A DNA stretch of 64,000 nt, taken from the NCBI GenBank assembly GCA_903901225.1, contig CAIUQE010000049.1, positions 5,003 through 69,002 on the forward strand, given 5' to 3'. Source of the DNA: Candidatus Omnitrophota bacterium (lineage in GTDB: Bacteria > Omnitrophota > Gorgyraeia > Zapsychrales > Fredricksoniimonadaceae). Below, piece after piece: positions 9,133 through 18,672 of the stretch. Position 1 is the first letter of the stretch. Every line of letters begins with the position of its first letter. The translations under genes and the position numbers were made by a program. The notes under the pieces were generated by a model, which saw only the letters and a list, made by a program, of their open reading frames with translations, was not told the origin of the DNA and ran no database searches.

Positions 9133-10407
9133 TTGATGCTGGATATAAAGTTTATTCGTGAAAATGTTGAGCTCGTCCGCAAAGGCCTTGCGGCCAAGAA
9201 CGCCGCGGGGCGCCTTGACGAGGTCCTGGGGCTGGATGAGGAACGCCGCCGCCTTTTGGTGAAGGTCGATGAACTGCGCGCGCGCAAGAACGTTGCCAAC
9301 GACGGGATCACGCAGCTTCTCAAGGAAAAAAAGGACCCGGTGGACGCCATCGCGGCCATGAAGTCCGTGGCTGTTGAGATCGACGCCCTTGAGCCTCCCT
9401 TGAAGGAGTTGGAAGATAAGATCACGGGTATTCTCCAGTTCATCCCTAACCTGCCGCATCCGTCCATTCCCGTGGGCGGGCCTGAAAATAACAGGGAGGT
9501 CCGCAGCTGGGGCACGCGGCGGGAATTCGATTTCAAGCCCAAAGACCATGTCGCGCTGGTCGAAGCGCTCGACATCATTGATTTCAAGCGCGCCACCAAG
9601 ATCAGCGGCTCAAATTTCATCCTTTACAAGAAAGCGGGGGCGCTCCTGGAGCGGGCCCTGATCAATTTCATGCTCGACCTTCATGTCCGCGAGCACGGTT
9701 ATGAGGAGGTTTTTCCGCCGGTGCTGGTGAACGCGGCGTCCATGACCGGGACGGGCCAGCTGCCCAAGATGAAAGACGACATGTACCACTTGCATGAGGA
9801 CGACCTTTATCTGATCCCCACGGCCGAGGTGCCGGTCACCAATATTTACCGGGACGAGATCCTCGACGCGGCCCGGCTTCCGGTCTACCACACGGCGTAT
9901 TCGGACTGTTTCCGCCGTGAGGCCGGGTCCTACGGCAAGGACACGCGGGGTTTGATGCGCGTGCACCAGTTCAACAAGGTCGAGCTGGTCAAGTTCGTCA
10001 GGCCTGAAACGTCCTACGACGAACTGGAGAAGCTTGTGGCGGACGCGGAAAAGGTGTTCCAGCTCCTGCAGCTGCCTTACCGCGTCCTGGAACTCGCTTC
10101 GGGCGACATCAGTTTCGCGGCGGCCAAGTGTTATGACCTGGAGGTTTACGCGCCGGGACTGGACAAATGGCTTGAGGCGTCGAGCTGTTCTAATTTTGAG
10201 GATTTTCAGGCCCGGCGGGCGAATATCCGCTACAAGGGCAAGGACATGAAAAAGCCGGCGTTCGTGCACACACTTAATGGCTCGGGTGTGGCCACGCCGC
10301 GCACGGTGATCGCCATCATTGAAAATTACCAGCAGGACGACGGTTCCATCGCGGTTCCCGACGTGCTGCAGGGATACATGCACGGCATGAAACGCATCAC
10401 AAGGTAG
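9133..10407 (+). CDS. serS: Serine--tRNA ligase
   Basis: MLDIKFIREN, LIPTAEVP, FRREAGSYGKDTRGLMRVHQF, SCSNFEDFQARR, HTLNGSG. Confidence 0.98.
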   Translation: MMLDIKFIRENVELVRKGLAAKNAAGRLDEVLGLDEERRRLLVKVDELRARKNVANDGITQLLKEKKDPVDAIAAMKSVAVEIDALEPPLKELEDKITGILQFIPNLPHPSIPVGGPENNREVRSWGTRREFDFKPKDHVALVEALDIIDFKRATKISGSNFILYKKAGALLERALINFMLDLHVREHGYEEVFPPVLVNAASMTGTGQLPKMKDDMYHLHEDDLYLIPTAEVPVTNIYRDEILDAARLPVYHTAYSDCFRREAGSYGKDTRGLMRVHQFNKVELVKFVRPETSYDELEKLVADAEKVFQLLQLPYRVLELASGDISFAAAKCYDLEVYAPGLDKWLEASSCSNFEDFQARRANIRYKGKDMKKPAFVHTLNGSGVATPRTVIAIIENYQQDDGSIAVPDVLQGYMHGMKRITR

Positions 10408-10413
10408 GCGCCC

Positions 10414-11025
10414 ATGGCTGAAAAGATCATCATCGTCCTTAAATTCGTTTTCGCGGCCCTGCTCCTCCCTTTGGTCATCGGGACCGTCCTGGCGTTGCGC
10501 GGTGAGGTTGCCCAATTCGACGCGGCATTGCAGAACGCCCTTTACGCGGGCACGCTGGCCTATGTGGTGATGAAATTCTTTATCTATGACCTGGACGTTG
10601 TTTATAAATTCGGGCAAAGCATTGTCGGTTTCTGTTTCCAGTTCCTCAAGCCCGTGATGAATTTCGCCCCGTATGTCATCCCCGTTTATACGCTCATCGG
10701 CATTGTCGTTTACGCCATTATCCACGCAACGGGTGTCATCGGGGGCAGGGAACCGCTGGGGCTTATCCTGATCGGCGCCATCGCCTTTACCTTTGCCATG
10801 CACATCATCCTGACCGCGCAGGATCTTTACAAGAAGGATACGATCCCGGCCAAGCCCAATTATTTCTTTGCCATGTCGCTCATCTTCATCGTGGATGTGT
10901 TCTTCATGGCCCTTTTGATGGGCCTCGCGGGCAAGGGGTTCTCTTTTGTGAGTTTTTTCCAGAAGCTTGGCGGCGCTTCAGCCCAGATCTATATGGCCGT
11001 ATTCAAGCAGCTTTTTGGCGTCTGA
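10414..11025 (+). CDS. Hypothetical integral membrane protein
   Basis: 203 aa with 4-5 hydrophobic segments, directly after serS. Confidence 0.7.
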   Translation: MAEKIIIVLKFVFAALLLPLVIGTVLALRGEVAQFDAALQNALYAGTLAYVVMKFFIYDLDVVYKFGQSIVGFCFQFLKPVMNFAPYVIPVYTLIGIVVYAIIHATGVIGGREPLGLILIGAIAFTFAMHIILTAQDLYKKDTIPAKPNYFFAMSLIFIVDVFFMALLMGLAGKGFSFVSFFQKLGGASAQIYMAVFKQLFGV

Positions 11026-11050
11026 AGCGGCTGGTTGTTGACATGCCGGC

Positions 11051-11079
11051 TTGACAGGTATGCCTTTCTTGGGTATATT
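11051..11079 (+). promoter_or_regulatory. Putative sigma70 promoter
   Basis: TTGACA-N17-TATATT, followed by an AAGGGGAG RBS before ATG 11115. Confidence 0.7.
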
Positions 11080-11114
11080 TAATTTAGTGGATAAACACGA
11101 AAAAGGGGAGTTTT

Positions 11115-11690
11115 ATGGCTAATGAGCGTCCTTTAACGACCGGCGAGATCGCTGACCTTTGCCATGTCCATTTGAGGACCGTCCTCCAATGGGTCCATGA
11201 TGGCAAACTCAAGGCGTATCGCACCCCCGGCAACCACAGCCGCATCAAGATCGATGATTTCCTTGTTTTTCTCAAGCAGTTCAATATGCCCATCCCGGAA
11301 AACCTCGAGGGCCGCGGGGTCGCGCGCAAGGTCCTGATCGTGGATGATGACACCAACATGGTCAGCGCGATCCGGCGCCTGTTCAAGAAAGAGCTTAATT
11401 TCGAGATCGAGGTGGCTTACGACGGTTTTGAGGCGGGCATCAAGCTGCTTTTGTTCAAGCCCGACCTGGTTGTCCTCGACATGAAGATGCCCGGCATGAA
11501 CGGTTATGAGGTGGCGCAGAAGATCAAGCGTTCCGGGAACTGCGAGCACACCAAGATCATCGGCGTTTCCGCGTATTTTGAGGAGACCGATAAACAGCGC
11601 CTGCGCGATATTGGCGTGGAATACTGTTTCGACAAGCCGTTCAATTCCGCGGAACTCGTTGAAAAAGCAAAACTGGTCCTTGGCGTTTGA
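11115..11690 (+). CDS. Response regulator with N-terminal excisionase/MerR-like HTH and C-terminal receiver domain
   Basis: LTTGEIADLC..TV..W..GKLKAYRTPGNHSRI; VLIVDDD, LDMKMPGMNG, KPF. Confidence 0.9.
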   Translation: MANERPLTTGEIADLCHVHLRTVLQWVHDGKLKAYRTPGNHSRIKIDDFLVFLKQFNMPIPENLEGRGVARKVLIVDDDTNMVSAIRRLFKKELNFEIEVAYDGFEAGIKLLLFKPDLVVLDMKMPGMNGYEVAQKIKRSGNCEHTKIIGVSAYFEETDKQRLRDIGVEYCFDKPFNSAELVEKAKLVLGV

Positions 11691-12619
11691 TCCCTCCCGC
11701 GTTCATCGAACGTTTGCGCGCGATCATTCCCGCTGATGACGTCGATGGCGTTATCGGCAGTTTTTCTTCCCCTGACGTTATTGCGATCCGTGTCAATCCC
11801 CTGAAAACATCTGTTCATGATCCTTTGACGGTCCTGCGCGAGCAGGGCGCTGTCCTGGACGCTGTTGCCTGGTGCCCGGGGGCTTTTGTTGTCAAAGGCC
11901 TCGCGCGTGAGGCGGTGTCACATCATGCCCTTGCCGCACAAGGCGTGATCTACCAGCAAAGCCTTGCGAGCCTGATCCCGGCGATCGTCCTGAACCCTGG
12001 CTCCGGGGATATGGTTCTTGATGCTTGCGCCGCTCCCGGAAGCAAAACAGCGCAGATGGCGGGTATGATGAAGAATGACGGTATGATCGTCGCCGTTGAG
12101 GCCGTCAAATCAAGGTTCTTTCGTTTGAAAGCTGTTTGCGCGCTGCTGGAGGCGCGGATCGTCACGTCCAAGCTTTGCGATATCCGCCGGTTCCGTTCGC
12201 CGGAGGGGATGATGTTCGACCGGGTGCTTGTCGACGCGCCCTGCAGTTCGGAAGGACGCTTCAAGGCCGATGAGCCCGAAAGCGTGGCGTATTGGAGTCC
12301 GCGCAAGATCAAGGAAATGAGTTACAAGCAGAAAGGGATTCTGATGAGTGCCTCCCGTCATGTAAAGCCCGGGGGCACTCTTGTTTATTCAACCTGCACC
12401 TACGCGCCGGAAGAGAATGAGGAAGTGGTTGACTGGTTTCTTCATAAGAATGAAGGTTCATTCACCCTTGAGGATTGCCACCTTGCGGGCGTGCCGGCGT
12501 ACCCGTGTTTGACGCGCTGGGGCAGGTCGGAATTCGATCCGGCGGTGCTCAAATGCGTCAGAGTAAAGCCCGTCGACGGGTACACGGGGTTCTTTGTGGC
12601 AAAATTCAGGCGTAAGTAA
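11687..12619 (+). CDS. RsmB/NOP2 (RsmF-like) RNA m5C methyltransferase
   Basis: DACAAPGSKT, VLVDAPCS, YSTCT..PEENE, GFFVAK. Confidence 0.92.
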   Translation: MIPPAFIERLRAIIPADDVDGVIGSFSSPDVIAIRVNPLKTSVHDPLTVLREQGAVLDAVAWCPGAFVVKGLAREAVSHHALAAQGVIYQQSLASLIPAIVLNPGSGDMVLDACAAPGSKTAQMAGMMKNDGMIVAVEAVKSRFFRLKAVCALLEARIVTSKLCDIRRFRSPEGMMFDRVLVDAPCSSEGRFKADEPESVAYWSPRKIKEMSYKQKGILMSASRHVKPGGTLVYSTCTYAPEENEEVVDWFLHKNEGSFTLEDCHLAGVPAYPCLTRWGRSEFDPAVLKCVRVKPVDGYTGFFVAKFRRK

Positions 12620-12630
12620 AAACCTACCGT

Positions 12631-12698
12631 TTTACATTGCTTAACATCCCTTAACAGAGTTTACAAGAAGTTAACTTTTCTGCAGTTTCCTTTTTACA
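12631..12698 (+). promoter_or_regulatory. ~10-bp phased TT[AT]AC[AT] direct repeats upstream of the paralog array (putative regulator binding site)
   Basis: TTTACA 12631, TTAACA 12641, TTAACA 12651, TTTACA 12660, TTAACT 12671, TTTACA 12693. Confidence 0.5.
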
Positions 12699-12750
12699 GA
12701 TGGGCTCTATATTTAGAAAGCCTGAGTTTTTCTGAAAAGAGGAATGTGCC

Positions 12751-14865
12751 ATGTTGAGTGATTGTTTCTCTAAAGAATTATTTTCGTCGCGCCTTATGGC
12801 CGGGAGCACTGCGGCGAGTTTCTTGATCTCATTGCTAGTGCCGCCGTTGGTCATGGCGCAAACGCTTGTTCTTCCGGTTCCTGGAATGATGGTGACCCAA
12901 AGTCCGGCGTACATGCCGGTCATGACGCGCGGGCTTAAGGTCCATCCTGAAAATCCCCTTCTGTTTGATTTTATTGTGGATGCCGGTGACTCCGGTTTCG
13001 TGGTTGAAGGTCCGCAGTTCAAGGCTGAATCCGAAAAACTCATCAAATACTTTCTCGCCTCGCTCGCGGTCAAGGAAGACGACCAGTGGGTGAACCTGTC
13101 TCCCTATGAAAAAGACCGCATGATCCCTGAAAACCTGGGGAAGACCGAATTGGGTCACGACATGCTGGCGCAGGACTATATCCTCAAGCAGTTGACGGCT
13201 TCGCTGATTTATCCCGAGAAAGAGCTGGGGAAGGAATTCTGGACCAAGGTGTATGAAAAAGCTCAGGCGCAGTTTGGCAGCATTGATGTGCCGGTGGATA
13301 CGTTCAACAAGGTATGGATCACAGCCGACAAGGCGCGCGTCCTGGAACGCAATAACACGGCGTATGTTGTCGGCGCGCACCTGAAAGTCATGCTTGAGTC
13401 AGACTACGAAGCCATGTCCCGCCAGGATACCCTCGCGCGTAGGGGAGAGGCACTGCCTCGCCTCCAGGACTCGGCATCCCGGGAACTGACCAAACAGATC
13501 ATGCGCGAGGTCATCATACCCCAGATCGAAAAAGAAGTGAACGAAGGCAGGAATTTCAGCCAATTGCGCCAGATATTCTACGCCATGATCCTTTCTACCT
13601 GGTACAAGCGTGCCCTGAAAAACTCCCTTTTGAACCATGTCTACAGCAACAAGTCCAAGACCAACGGCGTCGAGAACGCTGACCCGGCGGTGAAGGAAAA
13701 GATCTACGCCCGGTATCTGGAAGCCTACCGCAAGGGCGTGTTCAACTATGTCAAGGAAGAGACTAACGCGGCGGGCGAAACGATCCCGCGTAAGTATTTC
13801 TCGGGTGGTATTGCCAGGAACCTTGGGCTGAAAGATCATGCGATGGAAGTGGTTGATAAAGCGGCAGTGGGGGATTCTTTTGAACTGAAGAATGCCGCTT
13901 TGGTCGATGCTTCGTTAGTTGATGCCGCGGAGGTAACGGGTAAAAATTTTTCAGGCAGAAAGACGCGGTGGGTGCCACCCCGCAAGCTTTTGATGAAAGA
14001 CGCCGAGAAGTCGCAAGATGCGAGTATGTCAAAGCCAACGCCGATAGGAACGCTTATAAAATTGATCGATCTGTCGGTGGAATATTTGATCAAGTGTATC
14101 GAGGTCATTAATGAAAGCGTCACTTCAGGCAATGTTCATGTTCCTGACATAAAAGATGTTACGAAAGTGGCGGCGTTGCCAAAGGATGGATCAGTCGGTC
14201 CGCGGGCCAACAGTAAAAAAAATCTGTTGCTGGATCCCACGACGCCGCTCAAGAAAGTCATGTCCGAGGTGCGCCTTGCTTTCGCCAAAGAAGATATGAC
14301 ACCGCAACAGATCCAGGATCTGGCCGTTCAGATAAAGATCTATACGTATCAAAAAAGTAATTTTTGGGATATGGGATCCTCAGCAGGAATTATTGAATAC
14401 TTTTTAAATTACGGTATCGATGCGTATGAAAAGTTTAAAAATGAACATAAAGATGATCAGGCGCGGTGTATCGCAATTTTTTTGCAGGAATTAAGCAATG
14501 GCGCTGTCTATGAAAAGACCGACCATCTTGTTGGACTGGAAGATCACAAGGGAGAGGATCTTGTCAAAGAAGTTTCGTGGAGTGTCTGGGGAGAGATGGC
14601 CAGGTCCGGGAAGACAATTCGCCAGGCCAATATTGATCCGGCGGAGGATATCAAACGCGATAGTAAAGCAGTTGATGGTGGTATTGACATCAACGGCAAG
14701 AACCTGACGCTGGATGTGACGCGCGAGGGTAAGGGTGCTGAGACGAAATTCGACCCGGCTATGGTCGCGCGTTTCGAACGCGGCGATTTCACGGGGTTCG
14801 TCCCGATCATTTTGAAGGTAACGCCGCTGGGTAACATTGGCTTGTCGCCGGGAATGGGAGGCTGA
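12751..14865 (+). CDS. Secreted modular protein, paralog 1 (conserved N-domain + unknown cargo + GGID cap)
   Basis: Signal peptide ..VMA|Q; WVNLSPYEKDR, DTFNKVWI, PRKYFSGG; C-terminal GGIDI..G..PII; shared with four neighbours. Confidence 0.85.
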   Translation: MLSDCFSKELFSSRLMAGSTAASFLISLLVPPLVMAQTLVLPVPGMMVTQSPAYMPVMTRGLKVHPENPLLFDFIVDAGDSGFVVEGPQFKAESEKLIKYFLASLAVKEDDQWVNLSPYEKDRMIPENLGKTELGHDMLAQDYILKQLTASLIYPEKELGKEFWTKVYEKAQAQFGSIDVPVDTFNKVWITADKARVLERNNTAYVVGAHLKVMLESDYEAMSRQDTLARRGEALPRLQDSASRELTKQIMREVIIPQIEKEVNEGRNFSQLRQIFYAMILSTWYKRALKNSLLNHVYSNKSKTNGVENADPAVKEKIYARYLEAYRKGVFNYVKEETNAAGETIPRKYFSGGIARNLGLKDHAMEVVDKAAVGDSFELKNAALVDASLVDAAEVTGKNFSGRKTRWVPPRKLLMKDAEKSQDASMSKPTPIGTLIKLIDLSVEYLIKCIEVINESVTSGNVHVPDIKDVTKVAALPKDGSVGPRANSKKNLLLDPTTPLKKVMSEVRLAFAKEDMTPQQIQDLAVQIKIYTYQKSNFWDMGSSAGIIEYFLNYGIDAYEKFKNEHKDDQARCIAIFLQELSNGAVYEKTDHLVGLEDHKGEDLVKEVSWSVWGEMARSGKTIRQANIDPAEDIKRDSKAVDGGIDINGKNLTLDVTREGKGAETKFDPAMVARFERGDFTGFVPIILKVTPLGNIGLSPGMGG
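13439..13463 (+). repeat. Degenerate GTAG REP-like palindrome inserted in frame in paralog 1
   Basis: GTAG-GGGAGAGGCA-c-TGCCTCGCCT, read as RRGEALPRL. Confidence 0.6.
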
Positions 14866-14867
14866 TC

Positions 14868-17800
14868 ATGCGCTGTCGCGGCGTTTGTATAATAACAGCT
14901 TTCTTCTTCACTACATCCCAACTGGCATTCCTTCCGGCCAGGGGAGATGCCGCGGTTTACACACCGCCTCAAATGGGCTTTTTGACCCCAACGGCGCCCT
15001 CCCGGGATATCCTTCTCCACGGTCTTGAATTGGACCCGAATACGACCCGCAGGATGAAATTCATGTTCAGGGCTGGTGAGAAAGAGCTTTTGCCGGCCGA
15101 TGCCATGCGGCAGATAAAATATTTTTTGACCGCGCTGACCATTCCCGAGAATGACCTGTGGGTCAATTTGTCGCCGTTTGAAGCAGACCGTATCATTTCC
15201 TATCCTTTTGGCGTGACGGATATGGGACGAGGGTTTCTGGAGCAGGATTATATTTTAAAACAGTTTTGCGCGTCATTGCTTCACCCGGAAAGCCCCAGTG
15301 GCAGGGAATTCTGGGCACGGATCCGCCAGGCCGGGCTTGGATCAGCGGCATTGGACAACAATGGCCAGTTCAAATTTATCGACAAGGTATGGATCACACC
15401 GAGGGATGCCATCGTTAAACAGGATCACGGCAGGGTTTATATCCGCAAGAGCCGTCTGCAGGTCATGTTCCGGGAAGATCCCGGAGTTGTTGCCGTTTCA
15501 TCCGAAAAGATCTCCGGGATCATCAGGGAAGTCCTCTTGCCATATATTGACAGGGAGGTCAACGAAGGAAAGCTTTTTATGACACTGCGTCAGATGTACG
15601 CGGCGATGATCCTCGCGGAATGGTTCAAGCGCTACGTTGCCGGAAAGTCTGTATGGCGGCAGGCTTTCATTGGCCAGAAGAAGGTGGGCGGTCTTGATAT
15701 TGATGACCCTGCTGTTCCCCTAAAGGTTTACGGCAATTATTTAAGAGCGGTTGAAACGGGGGTTTTTAATTATGTCCATGAAGACGTGGATCCGGGGACC
15801 GGAGAAGTCATTCCACGGAAATATTTTGCCGGCGGGATCTCGGCCGGTTCAGGCCCGTCCAGCCTGAGGCATATCTTGCGTGTCGAGGACAATGATCTGC
15901 CTTCCGATTTCGCGGAAAAATCTCCTGACAAGGACACGGAGATACCGGTGTGGATGCAGGATATCCCGGCGAGGCCTGTGGATGTTAATAGTCAGCTGAA
16001 AGACCAGGTCAGGAAAGGCCTTGTCTGCCGGGTTACGCGCAAGGAGGACGGATTTGTTTTTAAACCGGAAGTCCCTTATGGCATAGAACCTGACCTGATC
16101 AGGGTGTATTCCATGACCGCGAAAACATTCGTGCTGCAAAAGCAATACGCGGCGTACCTTGAGGCGGCGCGCGCACGCCAGGCACTTTTGGATGCCATGC
16201 AACACCATGAGGAAGCGTTCAGGGATTATACGGCTTCCCGGAAGGAGGCGCTTGTGCGTATCGCTTCGGAGATCGACCTGTACCTTGTGAACGGGAGTTT
16301 TACTTTGTTCCGTAACGGACCTTTAACACATATTCGCTGGGGAACGTATCGTAGTGACAATGATCTTTCCTATTCCGGCATCTGGCTTGGTGAGCGTGTG
16401 TTGTCGGCGTTGGATCAGGATGAATTTTCCGCGTTCCTGTTGCTGGAAGCGCGCAATTTTCTGGATGGGAACAATGAAAAGATGGAAGCCTATCCTTTGT
16501 ACAGGAAGATCGCGGCGTTGTCAGGATCTTCAGGCGAAACAATACCGCTCATGGAAGGGCAGGATCAGTCCCTGACATCGTTGCGTCAAAGGCCGGAAAA
16601 CAGCCCCGGTAACAGCGCATTTTTTATTAACAGCACACTGCCTCAGGAACGCCAGCTTTACAAAGAATCTCTGGCGGCTCGTTTTGCCGGTACGGACTTG
16701 ACAGTGAATGAAAGAATGAAGGTCGTTAACGCGTTGGCGAGGATATCTGATGAAGCGCTGCGCCTGCGCCGTGAAAGCTGGCCTTTTTTGGAGGCGCAGA
16801 AGATTTCCCGCCAGGAGGATATTGACGCCGTTGCCATGGCTAAAAACCTTCTTGCGGAAAAGAACAAATACGCGTTGTTGCAAAACGAGGTTTACGAAGC
16901 ACTCTTCTCCTCTGATGAGGTCGAGTCTTTGTTGTTCAAGAAGCTTATTCCGTATGCCTGGGTCGAGCTTCTTCTTCATGAAGGTGCTTCTACCAAAAGC
17001 ATCCTTTTCCTTTGCCAGCATAGTGATGATCCGCTCGGCCAATGGGAAAAGATATGCGCTTTCAGGGCAGTTTACGAGAAAGACGGTGTGCCGCCGGCAT
17101 GGGCGCTTCTTTTGTCTTTTTCGGGGAAGAAGGTCATGGACCTGTGGGAAACCACTTTAAAAAATGAGCGAGAGGATCTGGTTCGTCAGGGACTTGACCC
17201 GTTGTGGGCCACGTATCTTGTCCTGATGCATCCACGCGATGCCGTGCGTTACTGGAATGATGACATTGAACCTAAGAAAAGAAAGATCCAGCAGGAACGC
17301 GGATTGAGCGACGCCTGGGCAACCTTTTATGCCGTGTTTGACAATGAAAGTTTGAAACACGACGATTCTCCTTTCGCGTTCCTTAGGGGGGCTGATTCCC
17401 TGAATTTGCAAGCTCCGGACCTGGCTCTTCTGCAGGATGAGGGGGTTGCGATGGGGCTTGATCTGCCTCACGACGGAAAGGTGCAATGGGAGCAACAGAT
17501 ACAGCACTGGCAAAGCGCCTTGATGAAGAAGGGTTTTGAAGAGCCTCTTTTGACGTACCTTCTGCGCGCTTATCAGAACCCGATGGAGAAAGCGGTCAAG
17601 ATCGAGGAGCTGGCACTGCTGATCAAGAGGTTCGATCCGCGGGTCAAATGGCAGGAAGCGTTATTGACAGCGTTCAAGCTTTTTCATCCGCGATCTTATG
17701 CGGACAAACAGGAGGCGCGCGGTACCGGCGATATCATCAAGCATCTTCTGTTCGGGCGCGGCAAGCGGGGGCACAGGAATTATTATCAGGGATATATTTT

Positions 17801-18659
17801 CGCTTCAAAGTTCGAACGCGACACAGCCATTATCCTGCGGTATTTCGGATTGATCGGGAATATTCAAATGGGGAAGAACTGGCAGGTGCCGATGGATCAG
17901 CTTTGCGTCGATTTCAAGTTCGAATATAAGGGCAGGCAGATCATCATGGAGCCTCACCAGGAGCCGCAGGGCCAGTTGTATCTTGTCAATCGGGCGGATA
18001 TCGAACATATACTGGGGAATGACCCGCGGACCCTGGAGTATTTGTTCGTTAATCCGAGTATGAGATCGTTGAAATTCCATCCTGATTTTCTGTCCAGAGT
18101 GGATCGGCTTTCTTTGGCTGACGTCAGAAAAGATATTCTCAGGAATCTTTGGCAGATCAATATGGGGCGGACCATCTCCAGTTACGCGGCCGACCGTGAA
18201 AATACCCTGCGTCAGTTCGAACACACGAATTTTTCCTTGTATGCCTTTGAGTCCACACAGAAACTCTATGGCATCCTTCAGGATTATTTCGATATAACGG
18301 TCACTTCAAACGATAAAAAAGCGATCTCTCGGCTTATAACGGAAGCGAATTCCAGGAGTGATTATCATATTGTCAACAGCCTGTTGATGTACTGGACCGG
18401 CATGAGCAATTTACAAAAAGCGCTTGAGGGCGAGGGCGTGTTGAAGAAGAGAGCGCGAGATCTTGCCGGCACAACGGTTGGGTCGGAGAACGGCGGTATT
18501 GATTTTGATCAGAAATACCTGGATCTGAAAGTTGAGCCTGGAGAAGAAATTCAGGACAGCTTCCATGCGCCATATCCTGCTATTTCGGACAGGGGTCTGG
18601 ATGGCTTGAGGCCTGTGATCCTTCATGTCAACGCGCGCTTTATCGATATCAGTTTGTAA
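14868..18659 (+). CDS. Secreted modular protein, paralog 2 (divergent N-domain; helical repeats; PD-(D/E)XK-like domain)
   Basis: LWVNLSPFEADR, PRKYFAGG, C-terminal GGIDF..GLRPVI; internal G-x3-WA repeats and an FASKFE..VDF..IIME motif. Confidence 0.8.
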   Translation: MRCRGVCIITAFFFTTSQLAFLPARGDAAVYTPPQMGFLTPTAPSRDILLHGLELDPNTTRRMKFMFRAGEKELLPADAMRQIKYFLTALTIPENDLWVNLSPFEADRIISYPFGVTDMGRGFLEQDYILKQFCASLLHPESPSGREFWARIRQAGLGSAALDNNGQFKFIDKVWITPRDAIVKQDHGRVYIRKSRLQVMFREDPGVVAVSSEKISGIIREVLLPYIDREVNEGKLFMTLRQMYAAMILAEWFKRYVAGKSVWRQAFIGQKKVGGLDIDDPAVPLKVYGNYLRAVETGVFNYVHEDVDPGTGEVIPRKYFAGGISAGSGPSSLRHILRVEDNDLPSDFAEKSPDKDTEIPVWMQDIPARPVDVNSQLKDQVRKGLVCRVTRKEDGFVFKPEVPYGIEPDLIRVYSMTAKTFVLQKQYAAYLEAARARQALLDAMQHHEEAFRDYTASRKEALVRIASEIDLYLVNGSFTLFRNGPLTHIRWGTYRSDNDLSYSGIWLGERVLSALDQDEFSAFLLLEARNFLDGNNEKMEAYPLYRKIAALSGSSGETIPLMEGQDQSLTSLRQRPENSPGNSAFFINSTLPQERQLYKESLAARFAGTDLTVNERMKVVNALARISDEALRLRRESWPFLEAQKISRQEDIDAVAMAKNLLAEKNKYALLQNEVYEALFSSDEVESLLFKKLIPYAWVELLLHEGASTKSILFLCQHSDDPLGQWEKICAFRAVYEKDGVPPAWALLLSFSGKKVMDLWETTLKNEREDLVRQGLDPLWATYLVLMHPRDAVRYWNDDIEPKKRKIQQERGLSDAWATFYAVFDNESLKHDDSPFAFLRGADSLNLQAPDLALLQDEGVAMGLDLPHDGKVQWEQQIQHWQSALMKKGFEEPLLTYLLRAYQNPMEKAVKIEELALLIKRFDPRVKWQEALLTAFKLFHPRSYADKQEARGTGDIIKHLLFGRGKRGHRNYYQGYIFASKFERDTAIILRYFGLIGNIQMGKNWQVPMDQLCVDFKFEYKGRQIIMEPHQEPQGQLYLVNRADIEHILGNDPRTLEYLFVNPSMRSLKFHPDFLSRVDRLSLADVRKDILRNLWQINMGRTISSYAADRENTLRQFEHTNFSLYAFESTQKLYGILQDYFDITVTSNDKKAISRLITEANSRSDYHIVNSLLMYWTGMSNLQKALEGEGVLKKRARDLAGTTVGSENGGIDFDQKYLDLKVEPGEEIQDSFHAPYPAISDRGLDGLRPVILHVNARFIDISL

Positions 18660-18672
18660 ATATTCCCGAGGG

